A stretch of 64,000 nucleotides of DNA from Acidimicrobiia bacterium (GTDB taxonomy: Bacteria; Actinomycetota; Acidimicrobiia; Spongiisociales; SHLN01), in assembly GCA_013002865.1 (NCBI GenBank), contig JABDLU010000202.1, forward strand, positions 1,062-65,061, given 5' to 3'. Below, one piece after another: positions 18,481 to 28,977 of the stretch. Both the position numbers and the translations under genes were made by a program. Each line of letters begins with the position of its first letter. The stretch's first letter is position 1. The notes under the pieces are model-generated. The model was not told the DNA's origin, did not search any database, and saw only the letters and a list, made by a program, of their open reading frames with translations.

Positions 18481-19534
18481 CGGCCGCCTCCAGCACCGCA
18501 GCCGCCACCCGCCCGGCGGCATCGGGCTTCCCGACCGCCCGGGCGGCCGCACGCCGCCGGGCGAGCTCCTCGGGCACGAGGGCGGCCTCCACCACGGCCG
18601 GCAGCCGGTCGAGCTGTTCCTGGTCGAGCAGCACGGCCCCGCCGGCGTCCACCAGGAAGGCAGCGTTGGCGCGCTGATGGCCTCCGGCGCCGGGATAGGG
18701 GACGAGAATCGACGGGGTGCCGGTGACCGCCAGCTCGCTGACCGTGAGCGCTCCGGCCCGGGCGATGGCGACGTCGGCGGCAGCGTAGAAGTACCCCATC
18801 TGGTCTTCGAAGGGCACCACGTGCCAGTGCGACTCGCCCGCAGCCCGGGCGGTCCATTCGGTGTGCTGATCCGGACCCGCCAGGTGAAGGAGCTGCGATC
18901 CACCGCCGGCCAGTGCGGCGGCCGCGACGTTGAGGACGGCGGCTCCCTGACTGCCGCCCAGAATCCCAATGACCGGCCGGTCGGGTGACAGCCCATACCG
19001 GTCGAGCGCCTCGACCCGGGACGGCACCCGGGTGACGAGGTCGGCTCGAAGCGGATTGCCGACCACCTCCGCCCGCGTGAGAGCTGCCTGGGCCGCCGGG
19101 AACGCGACGAACACCGAATCGGCCCACCGGGCCGCCCACCGGTTGGCCCGGCCGGGCACGGCGTTTTGTTCGTGAATGAGCAGCGGCACACCCGCCCGCC
19201 GGGCCGCGATGGCAGCCGGCCCGGTTATGTACCCGCCCATGGCAAGCACGGCGGTGACGTGGCGGTCCCGGATCTGTCGGCGGACGGCCCGGGCGGCCGC
19301 CAGCAGCTGCCCGACCACCCGGGCGTTGCGCAGGCTGAACGAGCGCGCCAGGCCGGCCATTCGCAGCTGAATCAGCTCGTAGCCGGCCGCCGGCACGACC
19401 CTGGCTTCGAGGCGGTCCCCGCCGAAGAACACGACGTCCGATCGGGCCACCCCCAGCACATGGAGCGCCTCGGCCACCGCCAGGGCGGGGAACACGTGGC
19501 CCCCGGTTCCGGCGGCGGCGATGGCGATGGTCAC
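18473..19534 (-). CDS. murG: UDP-GlcNAc:lipid I GlcNAc transferase MurG
   Basis: N-terminus MTIAIAAAGTGGHVFPALAVAEAL. GT28 fold. ATGA overlap with the ftsW stop. Confidence 0.9.
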   Translation of the reverse strand: MTIAIAAAGTGGHVFPALAVAEALHVLGVARSDVVFFGGDRLEARVVPAAGYELIQLRMAGLARSFSLRNARVVGQLLAAARAVRRQIRDRHVTAVLAMGGYITGPAAIAARRAGVPLLIHEQNAVPGRANRWAARWADSVFVAFPAAQAALTRAEVVGNPLRADLVTRVPSRVEALDRYGLSPDRPVIGILGGSQGAAVLNVAAAALAGGGSQLLHLAGPDQHTEWTARAAGESHWHVVPFEDQMGYFYAAADVAIARAGALTVSELAVTGTPSILVPYPGAGGHQRANAAFLVDAGGAVLLDQEQLDRLPAVVEAALVPEELARRRAAARAVGKPDAAGRVAAAVLEAAGA

Positions 19535-20691
19535 GACTGGGTGCGACGCCGGCGGGCGATGTTGATCAGCACCCCGACCGCGGCCATTTCAACCACGAGC
19601 GCGCTTCCGCCGAAGGAGACAAACGGCAGCGGCAGGCCGGTGATCGGGAGGATGGCGGTCACTCCGCCCAGGTTGACGATCGACTGGATGCCGAGCCAGG
19701 CGACGATGCCGGTGGCCAGCATCCGGCCGAAGTCGTCGCGGGCACGAATCGCCACCGTGATGCCGGCCAGGGTGAATACCGCCAGCATCACCAGCACCGC
19801 TCCCGCCCCGATGAGACCGGTCTCCTCGCCGATGATGGCGTAGATGAAGTCGGTATGGGCGTTGGGGAGGAACTCCCACCGGGCCCGGCTGGCGCCGAGC
19901 CCCACCCCGAAGAACCCCCCGGTTCCGAGCGCAAACAGCGACTGCACACCCTGGAAGCCGCTTCCGAGCGGGTCGCTGAACGGGTCGAGGAAGCCGGTGA
20001 TGCGATCCCAGCGGTAATCGGCTGCCATCGCCAGCAGGAGGGCGGCCACACCGCCGGCGGCCGCCGAACCGGCCACGAACCGGAAGGGGGCATCGGATGC
20101 GACGAGCACGGCGAGCGCACCCGCCCCGATGATGATGGTCGTGCCCAGGTCAGGCTGGAGGATGGTGAGCCCCCCGATGAGGCCGAGGCTGGCGGCCACC
20201 GGCCAGAAGAAGTGGGCAAAGTCGGTGAGTAGCTCGCGCTTGCGGGCCATCACCATCGAGAGGAACACGACCACGGCGAACTTGGCGAACTCGGATGGCT
20301 GAATGGTGATCGGCCCGACCTCCAGCCAGGAACGGCTCCCGCCCCGCACTACGCCGAACAGCAGCACCGCGACGAGCGACAACGCCGAGACGGCAAGGAT
20401 GCCCGGCGCCGACCGGCGGTAGAGGTCGTACGGCACCCGGACGGCCACCAGCAGCGCCGCGGTACCGACCGCCGCCCACATGAGTTGACGCCGGAAGTAA
20501 TAGAGAGAGCTCTGGTCCTCGGCCAGGGCACGGACTGAGCTGGCCGACAGGATCGCACCGAGGCCGACGACGAGCAGCACCACCATGGGAACGACCAGCA
20601 GCGTGACGATCCGGCGGATCACCACCGTTTCGGTGTCGCGGCGCCGGGCGCGGGACCGGGCGGCGGTGATCGAGGTCACCTTGGCGGTCAT
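19531..20691 (-). CDS. ftsW: SEDS-family peptidoglycan glycosyltransferase FtsW
   Basis: About 10 TM segments; SEDS motifs (IQPSEFAKF, LPNAHTDFI, FVSFGGSAL). Confidence 0.9.
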   Translation of the reverse strand: MTAKVTSITAARSRARRRDTETVVIRRIVTLLVVPMVVLLVVGLGAILSASSVRALAEDQSSLYYFRRQLMWAAVGTAALLVAVRVPYDLYRRSAPGILAVSALSLVAVLLFGVVRGGSRSWLEVGPITIQPSEFAKFAVVVFLSMVMARKRELLTDFAHFFWPVAASLGLIGGLTILQPDLGTTIIIGAGALAVLVASDAPFRFVAGSAAAGGVAALLLAMAADYRWDRITGFLDPFSDPLGSGFQGVQSLFALGTGGFFGVGLGASRARWEFLPNAHTDFIYAIIGEETGLIGAGAVLVMLAVFTLAGITVAIRARDDFGRMLATGIVAWLGIQSIVNLGGVTAILPITGLPLPFVSFGGSALVVEMAAVGVLINIARRRRTQS

Positions 20692-21980
20692 GCCGTCACC
20701 CCGTGATGGGCCAGGGCAACGGCCGCGAACGAGTCACCCCGTGCCGCGTAGGAGTCGAACATGTCGAAGCTGGCGCACCCGGGAGCCAGCAGCACCGTGT
20801 CTCCCGGAACGGCAACCCGGCCCGCCATCGCCACCGCTTCCTCCATGGTGGCGGCCTGGTCAACGGGAGCCGGTTGTCTGGCCGACACAATCTCGCCGGC
20901 GGCCTCACCGATGGCGATCACATGCCTGACCGACGGCCGGTTCAAGAAGGTGCTGAGGTCGAGGCTCTTGTTACGGCCGCCGGCAATCAGCACCACGGAG
21001 GCGAAGGCATCGACGGCGGCGCGGGCGGCGTGCGGATTGGTTGCCTTGGAATCATCGACCCAGGTGATTCCATCCCAGGTTCCGACGACCGTGCGGCGGT
21101 GCGGCCCGGGCGTGAACGCGCTGACGACGCCCGCTACCGCTTCGAGGTCCGTGCCCAGCTCGAGGGCGGCGCTGGCCGCGGCTGCGAGATCCAGGACGAA
21201 GGCCGGGTCGCGCCACTCTCCGAGCGGGATGGGGCCGTGCCGGGTGATGATGGCGCCCGACCCATCCGGCCCCGCTCCTCCGGCGGGAACGCGAAAGCCC
21301 GAAACGGGCACCAGCTCGGCGGCCGCTTCGGCAATCGCCGAAACGGCCAGATCGGAATCTTGTCCGTAGATGAGCACGTCACCGGCGTCCTGGTTGCGAA
21401 AGATGTTGGCTTTGGCAGCGATATAGGCATCAAGTGTCCCATGCCAATCCAGGTGATCCTCGGCAATGTTCAGGAGAACGGCGATCCGGGGGTGGAAGCG
21501 GTCGATGAAGCGCAACTGGAAGCTGGACACCTCCGTAACGAACACATCCCACTCCTCCCGGGCGACTGTGGAGAAGGCGGTGCCGATGTTGCCGGTGGCG
21601 ACCGCTCTCCTTCCGCCGGCGCTGATCATGTCCGCGAGCACCCGGGTCACGGTGGTCTTGCCGTTCGTGCCGGTGACCGCCACGATCGGGGCGGCCGCCA
21701 CCGTCGAGGCCAGCTCGATCTCAGAGATGATCGGGATGCCGGCGACGAGCGCATCGCGCACCTCAGGGGCGTGCTCGGGAACGCCGGGGCTGACGACAAC
21801 GCGATCGACGCGATCAAGCAGATCGGCGGTCCATTCCCCCGAGGCAGTCGGGTACGCAATGGCAACCGGCGCCACGGCGTCGGGACGCCGGTCGAAGATC
21901 AGCACCTCATCGCCGAGGTCCCCGGCCAGCCCGGCAGCGGCCAGTCCGCTGACCCCCGCACCGATCACCAGGGTCCTCAC
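20688..21980 (-). CDS. murD: UDP-N-acetylmuramoylalanine--D-glutamate ligase MurD
   Basis: Start at the GTG that overlaps the mraY stop as GTGA (VRTLVIGAGVSGLAAAG). Mur ligase motif VTGTNGKTTVT. Confidence 0.85.
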   Translation of the reverse strand: MRTLVIGAGVSGLAAAGLAGDLGDEVLIFDRRPDAVAPVAIAYPTASGEWTADLLDRVDRVVVSPGVPEHAPEVRDALVAGIPIISEIELASTVAAAPIVAVTGTNGKTTVTRVLADMISAGGRRAVATGNIGTAFSTVAREEWDVFVTEVSSFQLRFIDRFHPRIAVLLNIAEDHLDWHGTLDAYIAAKANIFRNQDAGDVLIYGQDSDLAVSAIAEAAAELVPVSGFRVPAGGAGPDGSGAIITRHGPIPLGEWRDPAFVLDLAAAASAALELGTDLEAVAGVVSAFTPGPHRRTVVGTWDGITWVDDSKATNPHAARAAVDAFASVVLIAGGRNKSLDLSTFLNRPSVRHVIAIGEAAGEIVSARQPAPVDQAATMEEAVAMAGRVAVPGDTVLLAPGCASFDMFDSYAARGDSFAAVALAHHGVTA

Positions 21981-23029
21981 GAGAGGCCGCCCTCCATCGA
22001 AATGAAGTCGCCGTAGAAGATGCCGAGGCCGAGGGCTACGCAAATACCGGCGATGATCCAGAAGCGGATGATGACGGTGGTCTCGGGCCATCCCCCGAGC
22101 TCAAAGTGGTGGTGGATGGGCGCCATCCGGAAGATACGCCGCCCGAAGAGACGGAACGAGGCTACTTGCAGGATCACCGAGACCGTCACCATCAGATAGA
22201 GGCCGCCGAGGACGGCCAGCAAGAGATGGGTGTTGGTCAGCAGCGCAAGCGCCGCCATGGCGCCGCCGAGGGCCTGGGACCCCACATCGCCCATGAACAG
22301 CTCGGCGGGAGCGGCGTTGTACCACAGGAATCCCATGACCGACCCGAGCAGTGCCGCGGCAAGAATCCCGAGGTCGAGGGCGCCGTCGACCGAATAGACC
22401 GCCGGGTTGCGGAACTGCCAGAACCCGATGATCACGAAGGCGCCGAACACCAGCGCGCTCGATCCCGCTGCCAGGCCATCGAGCCCGTCGGTGAGGTTCA
22501 CGGCGTTTGCGGTGGCGGTCAGCAGGAACAGCACCCACAGCGGGTAGGCCCAGCCGAGATCGAATCCGATCTCCCGGGTGAAGGACAGCTCGGTCGAGAC
22601 CCCCGCCGCCACCGCCCCCCAGGCAAACAGCCCCGCCACCAGCAGCTGACCGCCGAACTTCCACCGCTTGCTCAGGCCGAGGTTCTCCTTGCGGGCATAC
22701 TTTTGATAGTCGTCGATGAACCCGATGACACCCATCCCGATGAAGGCCAGCAGCGCCAGCCCGGCTTCGGCGCTGAACGGGCGGGGATCGAGCCCGAAGC
22801 CCTGTTCGGGAGACCAGATGCGCAGGTGGGCGACGAGGTAGCCGAGCACGGCCGCCACCAGGATCACCGAGCCGCCCATCGTCGGTGTGCCGCGCTTGTG
22901 GGAGTGGCCGGCGACGTCTTCCTGGATGAACTGGCCAACGTCGTTACGGCGCAACGCCCGGATCACCGGCGGCATCGCCACGAAGGACAGGCCAAAGCCA
23001 ACGGTGACGGCGATCAGCAGAGCGATCAC
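21977..23029 (-). CDS. mraY: phospho-N-acetylmuramoyl-pentapeptide transferase MraY
   Basis: MPPVIRALRR...HKRGTPTMGG, NAVNLTDGLDGLA, and 10 TM segments. Confidence 0.9.
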   Translation of the reverse strand: MIALLIAVTVGFGLSFVAMPPVIRALRRNDVGQFIQEDVAGHSHKRGTPTMGGSVILVAAVLGYLVAHLRIWSPEQGFGLDPRPFSAEAGLALLAFIGMGVIGFIDDYQKYARKENLGLSKRWKFGGQLLVAGLFAWGAVAAGVSTELSFTREIGFDLGWAYPLWVLFLLTATANAVNLTDGLDGLAAGSSALVFGAFVIIGFWQFRNPAVYSVDGALDLGILAAALLGSVMGFLWYNAAPAELFMGDVGSQALGGAMAALALLTNTHLLLAVLGGLYLMVTVSVILQVASFRLFGRRIFRMAPIHHHFELGGWPETTVIIRFWIIAGICVALGLGIFYGDFISMEGGLS

Positions 23030-24339
23030 GGGACCAGCTCCCCGGCGACCACTTCCAAGCCCACCGACCGTGACGCCTTGACCAGCACGACGTCTCCGTT
23101 GCCGACCCGTTCCGAGATGGCCCGGGTGGCGGACTCCACATCCGGGGCCGAAACAGCAATGTCGCCGGCGCCTTCCGCGATCCCTGGGTCGTCTCCGACG
23201 ACGACCACCGTCTCAAACCCCAGCTCACGGGCGAGCCGGCCAATGCTGCGATGGGCTTGCGAGGAGGCCTCCCCCAGCTCGGCCATCATGCCGAGCACCG
23301 CCAGGTGGCGCCCCGGCATGCCGGCGACGGTCCGGAGGGCGGCCGTCATCGAGGTCGGGTTGGCGTTGTAGGCATCGTTGACCACCGTGTAGGAGCCGGC
23401 CGTCACTTCCATGCGCCACGATGAGCCGGTGGCTTCGGCCAGCCCGGAGGCGAGGTCGGGCAGCGCCCGCCCGAGCGCCAGCCCGGCGGCGGTGGCGGCG
23501 GCGGCATTGACTGCTTGATGCGCCCCGGCCATTTCGAGCTGCACCTCGACACTCTCTCCGTACGCCGACAAGCGGAACGACGGCCGTGCCAGATCGTCGA
23601 GGACCACCTCCCCGACCGAAACATCGCCGTCGGCTCCGAATGTAGTGACCTGGACGCCGTCACGATCCGCCCATTCGAGCAGTACGGGGTCGTCGACGGG
23701 CAGGACGGCGACGCCCGCCGGCCCGAGCCCCTGGACCAGCTCCCACTTGGCGGTGCGAACCATCTCGACGGTGCCGAGGGTGGCGAGATGGCTGGCGCCG
23801 ATGCCGGTGATGATGGCGACGTCGGGCCGCACCACGTCGATGAGGGTCCGGATGTGGCCGACACCGCGGCTCCCCACCTCGAGCACGGCTACCTCGGAGT
23901 CGGGCGGCGTCGACAGCAGGGTAAGCGGGACACCGATCTCGTTGTTGAACGAGCGCGGGGAGGCCCACGTCCCCCGGCCGAGTGCGCTCGCCAGCAGGTC
24001 CTTGCACGATGTCTTGCCGGTGCTGCCGGTGATGCCGACGGTCCGCAGATCGGCCAGCTCGCCGCGGCGGGCCTCGGCCAGCCGGCGCAGAGCCACCAGC
24101 GTATCGGGCACTTCGATCCGCGGCTCGAGCGGGACCGGGTGGTCGACCATGACGGCGGCCGCACCGCCGGCCAGAGCCTCGCCGGCAAAGGCCGCCCCAT
24201 CGAAGTTCTCCCCGCGCAGCGCAACAAACAGGTCTCCCGGCTTGAGCGTCCGGGTGTCGGTGCTCACCCCGGTGATCTCGGCCGAGCCGACCGCGCTCCC
24301 CCCGGTGATCCCGGCAACGTCGGCGGCTGTCCACCTCAT
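23026..24339 (-). CDS. murF: UDP-MurNAc-tripeptide--D-Ala-D-Ala ligase MurF
   Basis: Start at the internal ATG (MRWTAADVAGITGG) that overlaps the murE stop as ATGA. Mur ligase motif GITGSTGKTSCK. Confidence 0.85.
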   Translation of the reverse strand: MRWTAADVAGITGGSAVGSAEITGVSTDTRTLKPGDLFVALRGENFDGAAFAGEALAGGAAAVMVDHPVPLEPRIEVPDTLVALRRLAEARRGELADLRTVGITGSTGKTSCKDLLASALGRGTWASPRSFNNEIGVPLTLLSTPPDSEVAVLEVGSRGVGHIRTLIDVVRPDVAIITGIGASHLATLGTVEMVRTAKWELVQGLGPAGVAVLPVDDPVLLEWADRDGVQVTTFGADGDVSVGEVVLDDLARPSFRLSAYGESVEVQLEMAGAHQAVNAAAATAAGLALGRALPDLASGLAEATGSSWRMEVTAGSYTVVNDAYNANPTSMTAALRTVAGMPGRHLAVLGMMAELGEASSQAHRSIGRLARELGFETVVVVGDDPGIAEGAGDIAVSAPDVESATRAISERVGNGDVVLVKASRSVGLEVVAGELVP

Positions 24340-25769
24340 CGCGCCGCCACCACTTCTGCCGCCACCACCCGATCGTCGAAGGGCGTGACCCGGCCGGCGA
24401 CCTCCTGGCCGGTCTCGTGACCCTTGCCGAGGATGAGCACCGCGTCGGTGGGGCCGGCCGATCGGATGGCGGCACCGATGGCCCGGCGCCGGTCCGGTTC
24501 GACGGTGACCCGGGCGGGGCCGTCTGCACCGGAGAGCACGGCCTTGATGATCGCCGCCGGGTCTTCCGACCGGGGATTGTCCGAGGTGACGTACAGCACA
24601 TCGGCCTGAGCGGCCGCCCGGCCCATGGCGGGGCGCTTGTCGCCGTCGCGGTCTCCGCCGGCGCCGACGACAACAATGACGTCGCCGGACACGAGCGGCC
24701 GGACCGATTGCAGCACCCGGGCGATCCCGTCGGGGGTGTGGGCGTAGTCGACAACGATGGCCGTCTCCTGGCCGAGGGCGACCGGCTCCATCCGTCCGGG
24801 GATGGGCTCGACGGTCTCGAGGCCTCGAATGACCGTCTCGATGTCCATCCCGAGCGCCACCGACGCCGCGGCGGCTATGGCCGCGTTTTCGACGTTGAAC
24901 GACCCCCCGAGCGGCAACCGGATGGTGTGGCCGCCCGCCGGGGTCACCAGCCGAAAGGTGCTGCGGCTCAGTTCCAGCTCGAGCATCTCCACCCGGTAGT
25001 CGCCGTCCGCTCCGACCGAGATGACCTGACGACTCGACATCTCGGCCAGGCGCCTGCCCCACTCGTCGTCGACATTGATGACGGCCGGACCGTCTCCGCT
25101 CATGAACAGCCGCGCCTTGGTCTGGAAGTAGGACTCCATGTCCCCGTGCAGATCGAGGTGGTCCTGGCTGAGATTGGTGAAGGCGACAACGGCGAACTCG
25201 GTGTGGGCTGTCCGGCCGAAGCTGAGGGCGTGAGAGGAGACTTCGACGGCGGCAACCGCAGCCCCGGCATCAACCATGCGGCGGAGTAGTCGCTGCAGGT
25301 CGGACCCCTCCGGAGAGGTGCGCTCCAGCGGCAGATGCTGTGACCCGATGCGGGCCCCGACCGTCCCGATCACGCCGGGAACCCCTCCCGAGGCTTCGAC
25401 GATGGCGGCCACCAGGTGCGCAACGGTCGTCTTGCCGTTCGTTCCTGTGATCCCGAGCACCGGGAGCTCACGGGAGGGATGGCCGTGAACTTCGGCGGCG
25501 AGTGCCGGGAGGGCCAGGCGAGTGTCGCCCACCACCAGCTGGGGCAGCCCTGCCTCGACCGGGCTCTCAACGCAGGCGGCTGCTGCGGCCGAGCCGGCAA
25601 CAAAGGCGTGGCCGTCGGCGTTGGCACCCCTGATCGCTACGAAGAGATCTCCCGGCCCGGCGGTGCGGCTGTCGTGGGTCACATCGCGCACTCTCACGGA
25701 GCCGTCGCCCTGCACGACGCCGTCGACCACCGCGCTGAGGTCGGCGAGCTGCCGCCCCTCACCGGACAT
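24336..25769 (-). CDS. murE: UDP-MurNAc-L-Ala-D-Glu--2,6-diaminopimelate ligase MurE
   Basis: Start at the internal ATG (MSGEGRQLADLSAVV). Mur ligase motif GITGTNGKTTVAH. The DNPR motif (DNPRSEDP) is consistent with meso-DAP specificity. Confidence 0.85.
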   Translation of the reverse strand: MSGEGRQLADLSAVVDGVVQGDGSVRVRDVTHDSRTAGPGDLFVAIRGANADGHAFVAGSAAAAACVESPVEAGLPQLVVGDTRLALPALAAEVHGHPSRELPVLGITGTNGKTTVAHLVAAIVEASGGVPGVIGTVGARIGSQHLPLERTSPEGSDLQRLLRRMVDAGAAVAAVEVSSHALSFGRTAHTEFAVVAFTNLSQDHLDLHGDMESYFQTKARLFMSGDGPAVINVDDEWGRRLAEMSSRQVISVGADGDYRVEMLELELSRSTFRLVTPAGGHTIRLPLGGSFNVENAAIAAAASVALGMDIETVIRGLETVEPIPGRMEPVALGQETAIVVDYAHTPDGIARVLQSVRPLVSGDVIVVVGAGGDRDGDKRPAMGRAAAQADVLYVTSDNPRSEDPAAIIKAVLSGADGPARVTVEPDRRRAIGAAIRSAGPTDAVLILGKGHETGQEVAGRVTPFDDRVVAAEVVAAR

Positions 25770-27477
25770 CGGGTGGCACTCCCATCTGATGGAGCGCAAA
25801 GCGCATGACTCGCGAGAAGGCCGGGGCAGCGGCCACCCCGCCGGTGCGCTTCTTCGGAACGCTCGGCGAGTCGACGAACACCCCGATGGCGAGCCGGGGG
25901 TCATCGCTCGGGCCGATCCCGATGAAGCTGGCCACCACGTCGTCGCCGTAGCACCCGGGCGACTCGGCCCCCGGACAGACCAGGTCGGGCTCAAACTTCT
26001 CCGTCGTTCCGGTCTTGCCCCCGACCCGGTATCCATCCACCTGGGCATACTGGCCGGTCCCACCCTCGACGACGCCCGCCAGCATGTCTTGCATGATCTG
26101 GGCGGTCTCGACCGACAGCACGCGCTGACGCTGCTGATCGAACTCGGTGATCGAGCCGTCCGTCTCCACGATGGAGTTGACGACCTGGGGCTGGATCCAC
26201 ACCCCATCGTTGCCGACGGCGGCGAACACGGCCGTCATCTGCAGCGGCGTGACCGCCACCCGGTAGCCGATAGCGGTAGATGCCCCGCAGGAATCGCACC
26301 ACTCCTCAGCGGGGCGCACCAGGCCGGGCGCCTCGCCGGGGAAGTTGATTCCCGAGTAGGTACCGAGGCCGAAACCCTGCAGGTAGCGGTACAGCAGCGG
26401 GTTGCCGAGCTCCTGCCACACCAGGATGGTGCCGACGTTTGAGGACCGGGCCACGATATCGGCCACGGTGAGGTCGACGGTGTCGTGCTCGGTGAAGTCG
26501 AAGTACTCGCGATCAAACACCTCGATGCGGTCGGGCACCTCGAAAATCCGATCTGGCGTGACGATGCCTTCCTCGATGGCCGCGGCGATAGTGATGAGTT
26601 TCTGGGTCGATCCCGGCTCGAACGTGTCGGTGACCACGCGGTTGCGGAACAGTTCGGCGTCGCCGCCGATGTGATTCGGATCGAATGTTGGGGCGCTCGC
26701 CATCGCTAGGACCTCAGATGTCGTCACGTCTAGGACGACGATGTGCACCGCCGTGGCTCCCGTTTCTTCGAGGGTCCCCTGGGCTTCCTGCTGGGCGAAG
26801 AACTGCAGCTCGCCGTCGATAGTCAGGGTCAGGTCCTGGCCCCGCACCGCTTCCTGCACCTCGTACTCGCCCTGGGGGATCACCCGGCCCCGGCCCGATC
26901 GTTCGAAGATGAGCTGGCCGGGTTCGCCGGTGAGGACGTCCTCGTACATCTGCTCGATGCCTTCCAGCCCATCGTTGTCGATGCCGACAAACCCGAGCAC
27001 CTGGGCCGCCAGGTCACCGGAGGGGTAGACCCGCTTGGGCTCAGGAAGGAAGTGGACGCCGTCCAGCTCCAGCGCCCGGATGGCTTCCGCCTCCCCGTGC
27101 AGGAGCTTGCGGGCCAGATACACGAAGCCGGTGTCCCGTTCGAGGTCGGCCTGTATCTCCCCTACCGGCCGGCCAAGCAGCCCGGACAGCGCCGAAGCGG
27201 TCAGAGCCGGGTCGGCGATCTCCCGGGGATTGGCGTACACGCTGGTCGCCTCGATGGTGAGAGCGAGCTCCCGGCCGTCCCGATCGAAGATCGTGCCGCG
27301 CTCGGCCTCGAGTGTGACGGTGCGGAGCCGCTGGTCGAGCGCCTGATCCTCCAGGGTCTGGGCCTGCACCCCCTGGACGAACACCAGCTTCGCCCCGATG
27401 GTGAGCCACGCTGCCAGGAACAGCGCTCCCACCAGGAACAGCCGCATGTGCTGAGGGCGCCATCGTTTGCGCCCCAC
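25759..27477 (-). CDS. ftsI: penicillin-binding protein transpeptidase FtsI (PBP3/PBP2B class)
   Basis: N-terminal TM segment, PBP dimerisation domain, and transpeptidase motifs STQK (EPGSTQKLITIAAA), SSN and KTGT. Confidence 0.85.
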   Translation of the reverse strand: MGRKRWRPQHMRLFLVGALFLAAWLTIGAKLVFVQGVQAQTLEDQALDQRLRTVTLEAERGTIFDRDGRELALTIEATSVYANPREIADPALTASALSGLLGRPVGEIQADLERDTGFVYLARKLLHGEAEAIRALELDGVHFLPEPKRVYPSGDLAAQVLGFVGIDNDGLEGIEQMYEDVLTGEPGQLIFERSGRGRVIPQGEYEVQEAVRGQDLTLTIDGELQFFAQQEAQGTLEETGATAVHIVVLDVTTSEVLAMASAPTFDPNHIGGDAELFRNRVVTDTFEPGSTQKLITIAAAIEEGIVTPDRIFEVPDRIEVFDREYFDFTEHDTVDLTVADIVARSSNVGTILVWQELGNPLLYRYLQGFGLGTYSGINFPGEAPGLVRPAEEWCDSCGASTAIGYRVAVTPLQMTAVFAAVGNDGVWIQPQVVNSIVETDGSITEFDQQRQRVLSVETAQIMQDMLAGVVEGGTGQYAQVDGYRVGGKTGTTEKFEPDLVCPGAESPGCYGDDVVASFIGIGPSDDPRLAIGVFVDSPSVPKKRTGGVAAAPAFSRVMRFALHQMGVPPDVR

Positions 27478-27533
27478 GGCTCAGCGCTCCAACCGGCCTG
27501 AGACACCGCCCGGGATGGCAGCGCTCAGCCCGG

Positions 27534-27941
27534 TCACTTTGCCCCCACGGTGGCCAGCAGCACGGTCGACCCCGACGTGGCCAGCTGGCCACCATCATCA
27601 TCGGTATCCGGCATCGGCGCGTACACCGTGCGCGCCTCCCCCGGCAGGACCATGTTCATCTTCTCAGCCTCGGCGTAGATCCGCTGCGGCGATTCGAGCT
27701 GGGCGACTTCGAGCCTGAGCTGGTCGTACCGGGTCTGCTGCTCGGCTATCTGGCCCTCGAGCGTGGCAATCTGGAAGGCGGCCCGATCCAGGTAGATGCG
27801 GGAGTAGATCAACGCGAAGAACATGGCAACGGCCAGCACCAGCCAACCGAATTGACGGACACTGAGCGAGCTGGGCTGGCGGCCGGGAATGACCCGAAGC
27901 CGCGACCGGGGCAGCCGGAGGGGGGCGGTTCTGGTGGCCAT
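27534..27941 (-). CDS. ftsL: FtsL/septum-formation-initiator-like membrane protein
   Basis: 135 aa with one TM segment (WLVLAVAMFFALIY) followed by a coiled coil. Lies in the canonical ftsL slot between rsmH and ftsI. Confidence 0.6.
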   Translation of the reverse strand: MATRTAPLRLPRSRLRVIPGRQPSSLSVRQFGWLVLAVAMFFALIYSRIYLDRAAFQIATLEGQIAEQQTRYDQLRLEVAQLESPQRIYAEAEKMNMVLPGEARTVYAPMPDTDDDGGQLATSGSTVLLATVGAK

Positions 27942-28867
27942 CAGCCCGCCTCACCGACGCGCTCAACCGCCCGGAGCCGGGCGCTGCGGGCCCGCGGGTT
28001 GGCGGCGATTTCGGCTTCGTCCGGCATGATCGGCTTGCGATGCACCAGCCGGAAATCGGGAGCGGCGGCTGGCATGACTACCGGAAGGGAAGTCTCGTCC
28101 GGTGAGGAGGAGGCCGACACCAGCCGCCGCTTGACTATGCGATCTTCGAGGGAGTGGTAGGCGATCACCGCGACCCGGCCCCCGGGCCGAACGATCTGAA
28201 GGGCACCGTCGAGACCTTCCTGGAGGGCGGCCAGCTCGTCGTTGACGGCAATCCGGAGCGCCTGAAAGGTGCGCCGGGCCGGGTGGCCGCCCGTGCGCCG
28301 CGTGGCGGCCGGGATGGCGGTTTTGACGATCTCCGCCAGCGTGACGGTGTCCTCGATGGGCCGGGCGCGGACGATGGCCCGGGCAATACGGCCGGCGAAG
28401 CGCTCTTCGCCGAAGCGGCCGATGATGCGACGGAGCTCAGCCTCATCCGCCGAGTTGACCAGTTCGTGCGCGGTGAGCGAGCCATCGCCCATCCGCATAT
28501 CAAGAGGACCGCTTCGGCGGAAGCCAAAACCTCGCGCGGCGTCGTCAAGCTGTAGAGAGGAAAGTCCAAGATCAAAGAAGACACCCGTGACCGCATCGAT
28601 CGCTTCCTCCTCAGCTACTTCGGCCAGGTGCCGGAAGTCGGAGTTCACGAAGTGAACCCTGGGGCCGAGTGTGGCGGCGCGGTCCCCGGCTGCCGGGTCC
28701 CGGTCGAGTGCTAGGAATCGGACGTCCGGGGCGAGCTCTTCCAGGAGCCGCCGGGTGTGCCCGCCCCCGCCGAAGGTGGCGTCCACTATCACACCAGATT
28801 CGATGGGGCGAAAGAGGTCGGTCACCTGCTCGACGAGGACCGGTTGGTGCTGTGGAGCCTGGTGCAT
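27941..28867 (-). CDS. rsmH: 16S rRNA (cytosine1402-N4)-methyltransferase RsmH (MraW)
   Basis: Start at the internal ATG (MHQAPQHQPVLVEQV). SAM motif DATFGGGGHT and FDLGLSSLQLD. Confidence 0.85.
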   Translation of the reverse strand: MHQAPQHQPVLVEQVTDLFRPIESGVIVDATFGGGGHTRRLLEELAPDVRFLALDRDPAAGDRAATLGPRVHFVNSDFRHLAEVAEEEAIDAVTGVFFDLGLSSLQLDDAARGFGFRRSGPLDMRMGDGSLTAHELVNSADEAELRRIIGRFGEERFAGRIARAIVRARPIEDTVTLAEIVKTAIPAATRRTGGHPARRTFQALRIAVNDELAALQEGLDGALQIVRPGGRVAVIAYHSLEDRIVKRRLVSASSSPDETSLPVVMPAAAPDFRLVHRKPIMPDEAEIAANPRARSARLRAVERVGEAG

Positions 28868-28977
28868 TGTCAGCCCCCCGGAGCGCTGGCGCCACAATGG
28901 AAGCGGGCGGAGTAAGGGGCCTTCCATATGGCATCCGGGGGGCTGACAATGAACCCTGCTCTACATCGGTCCTTTCA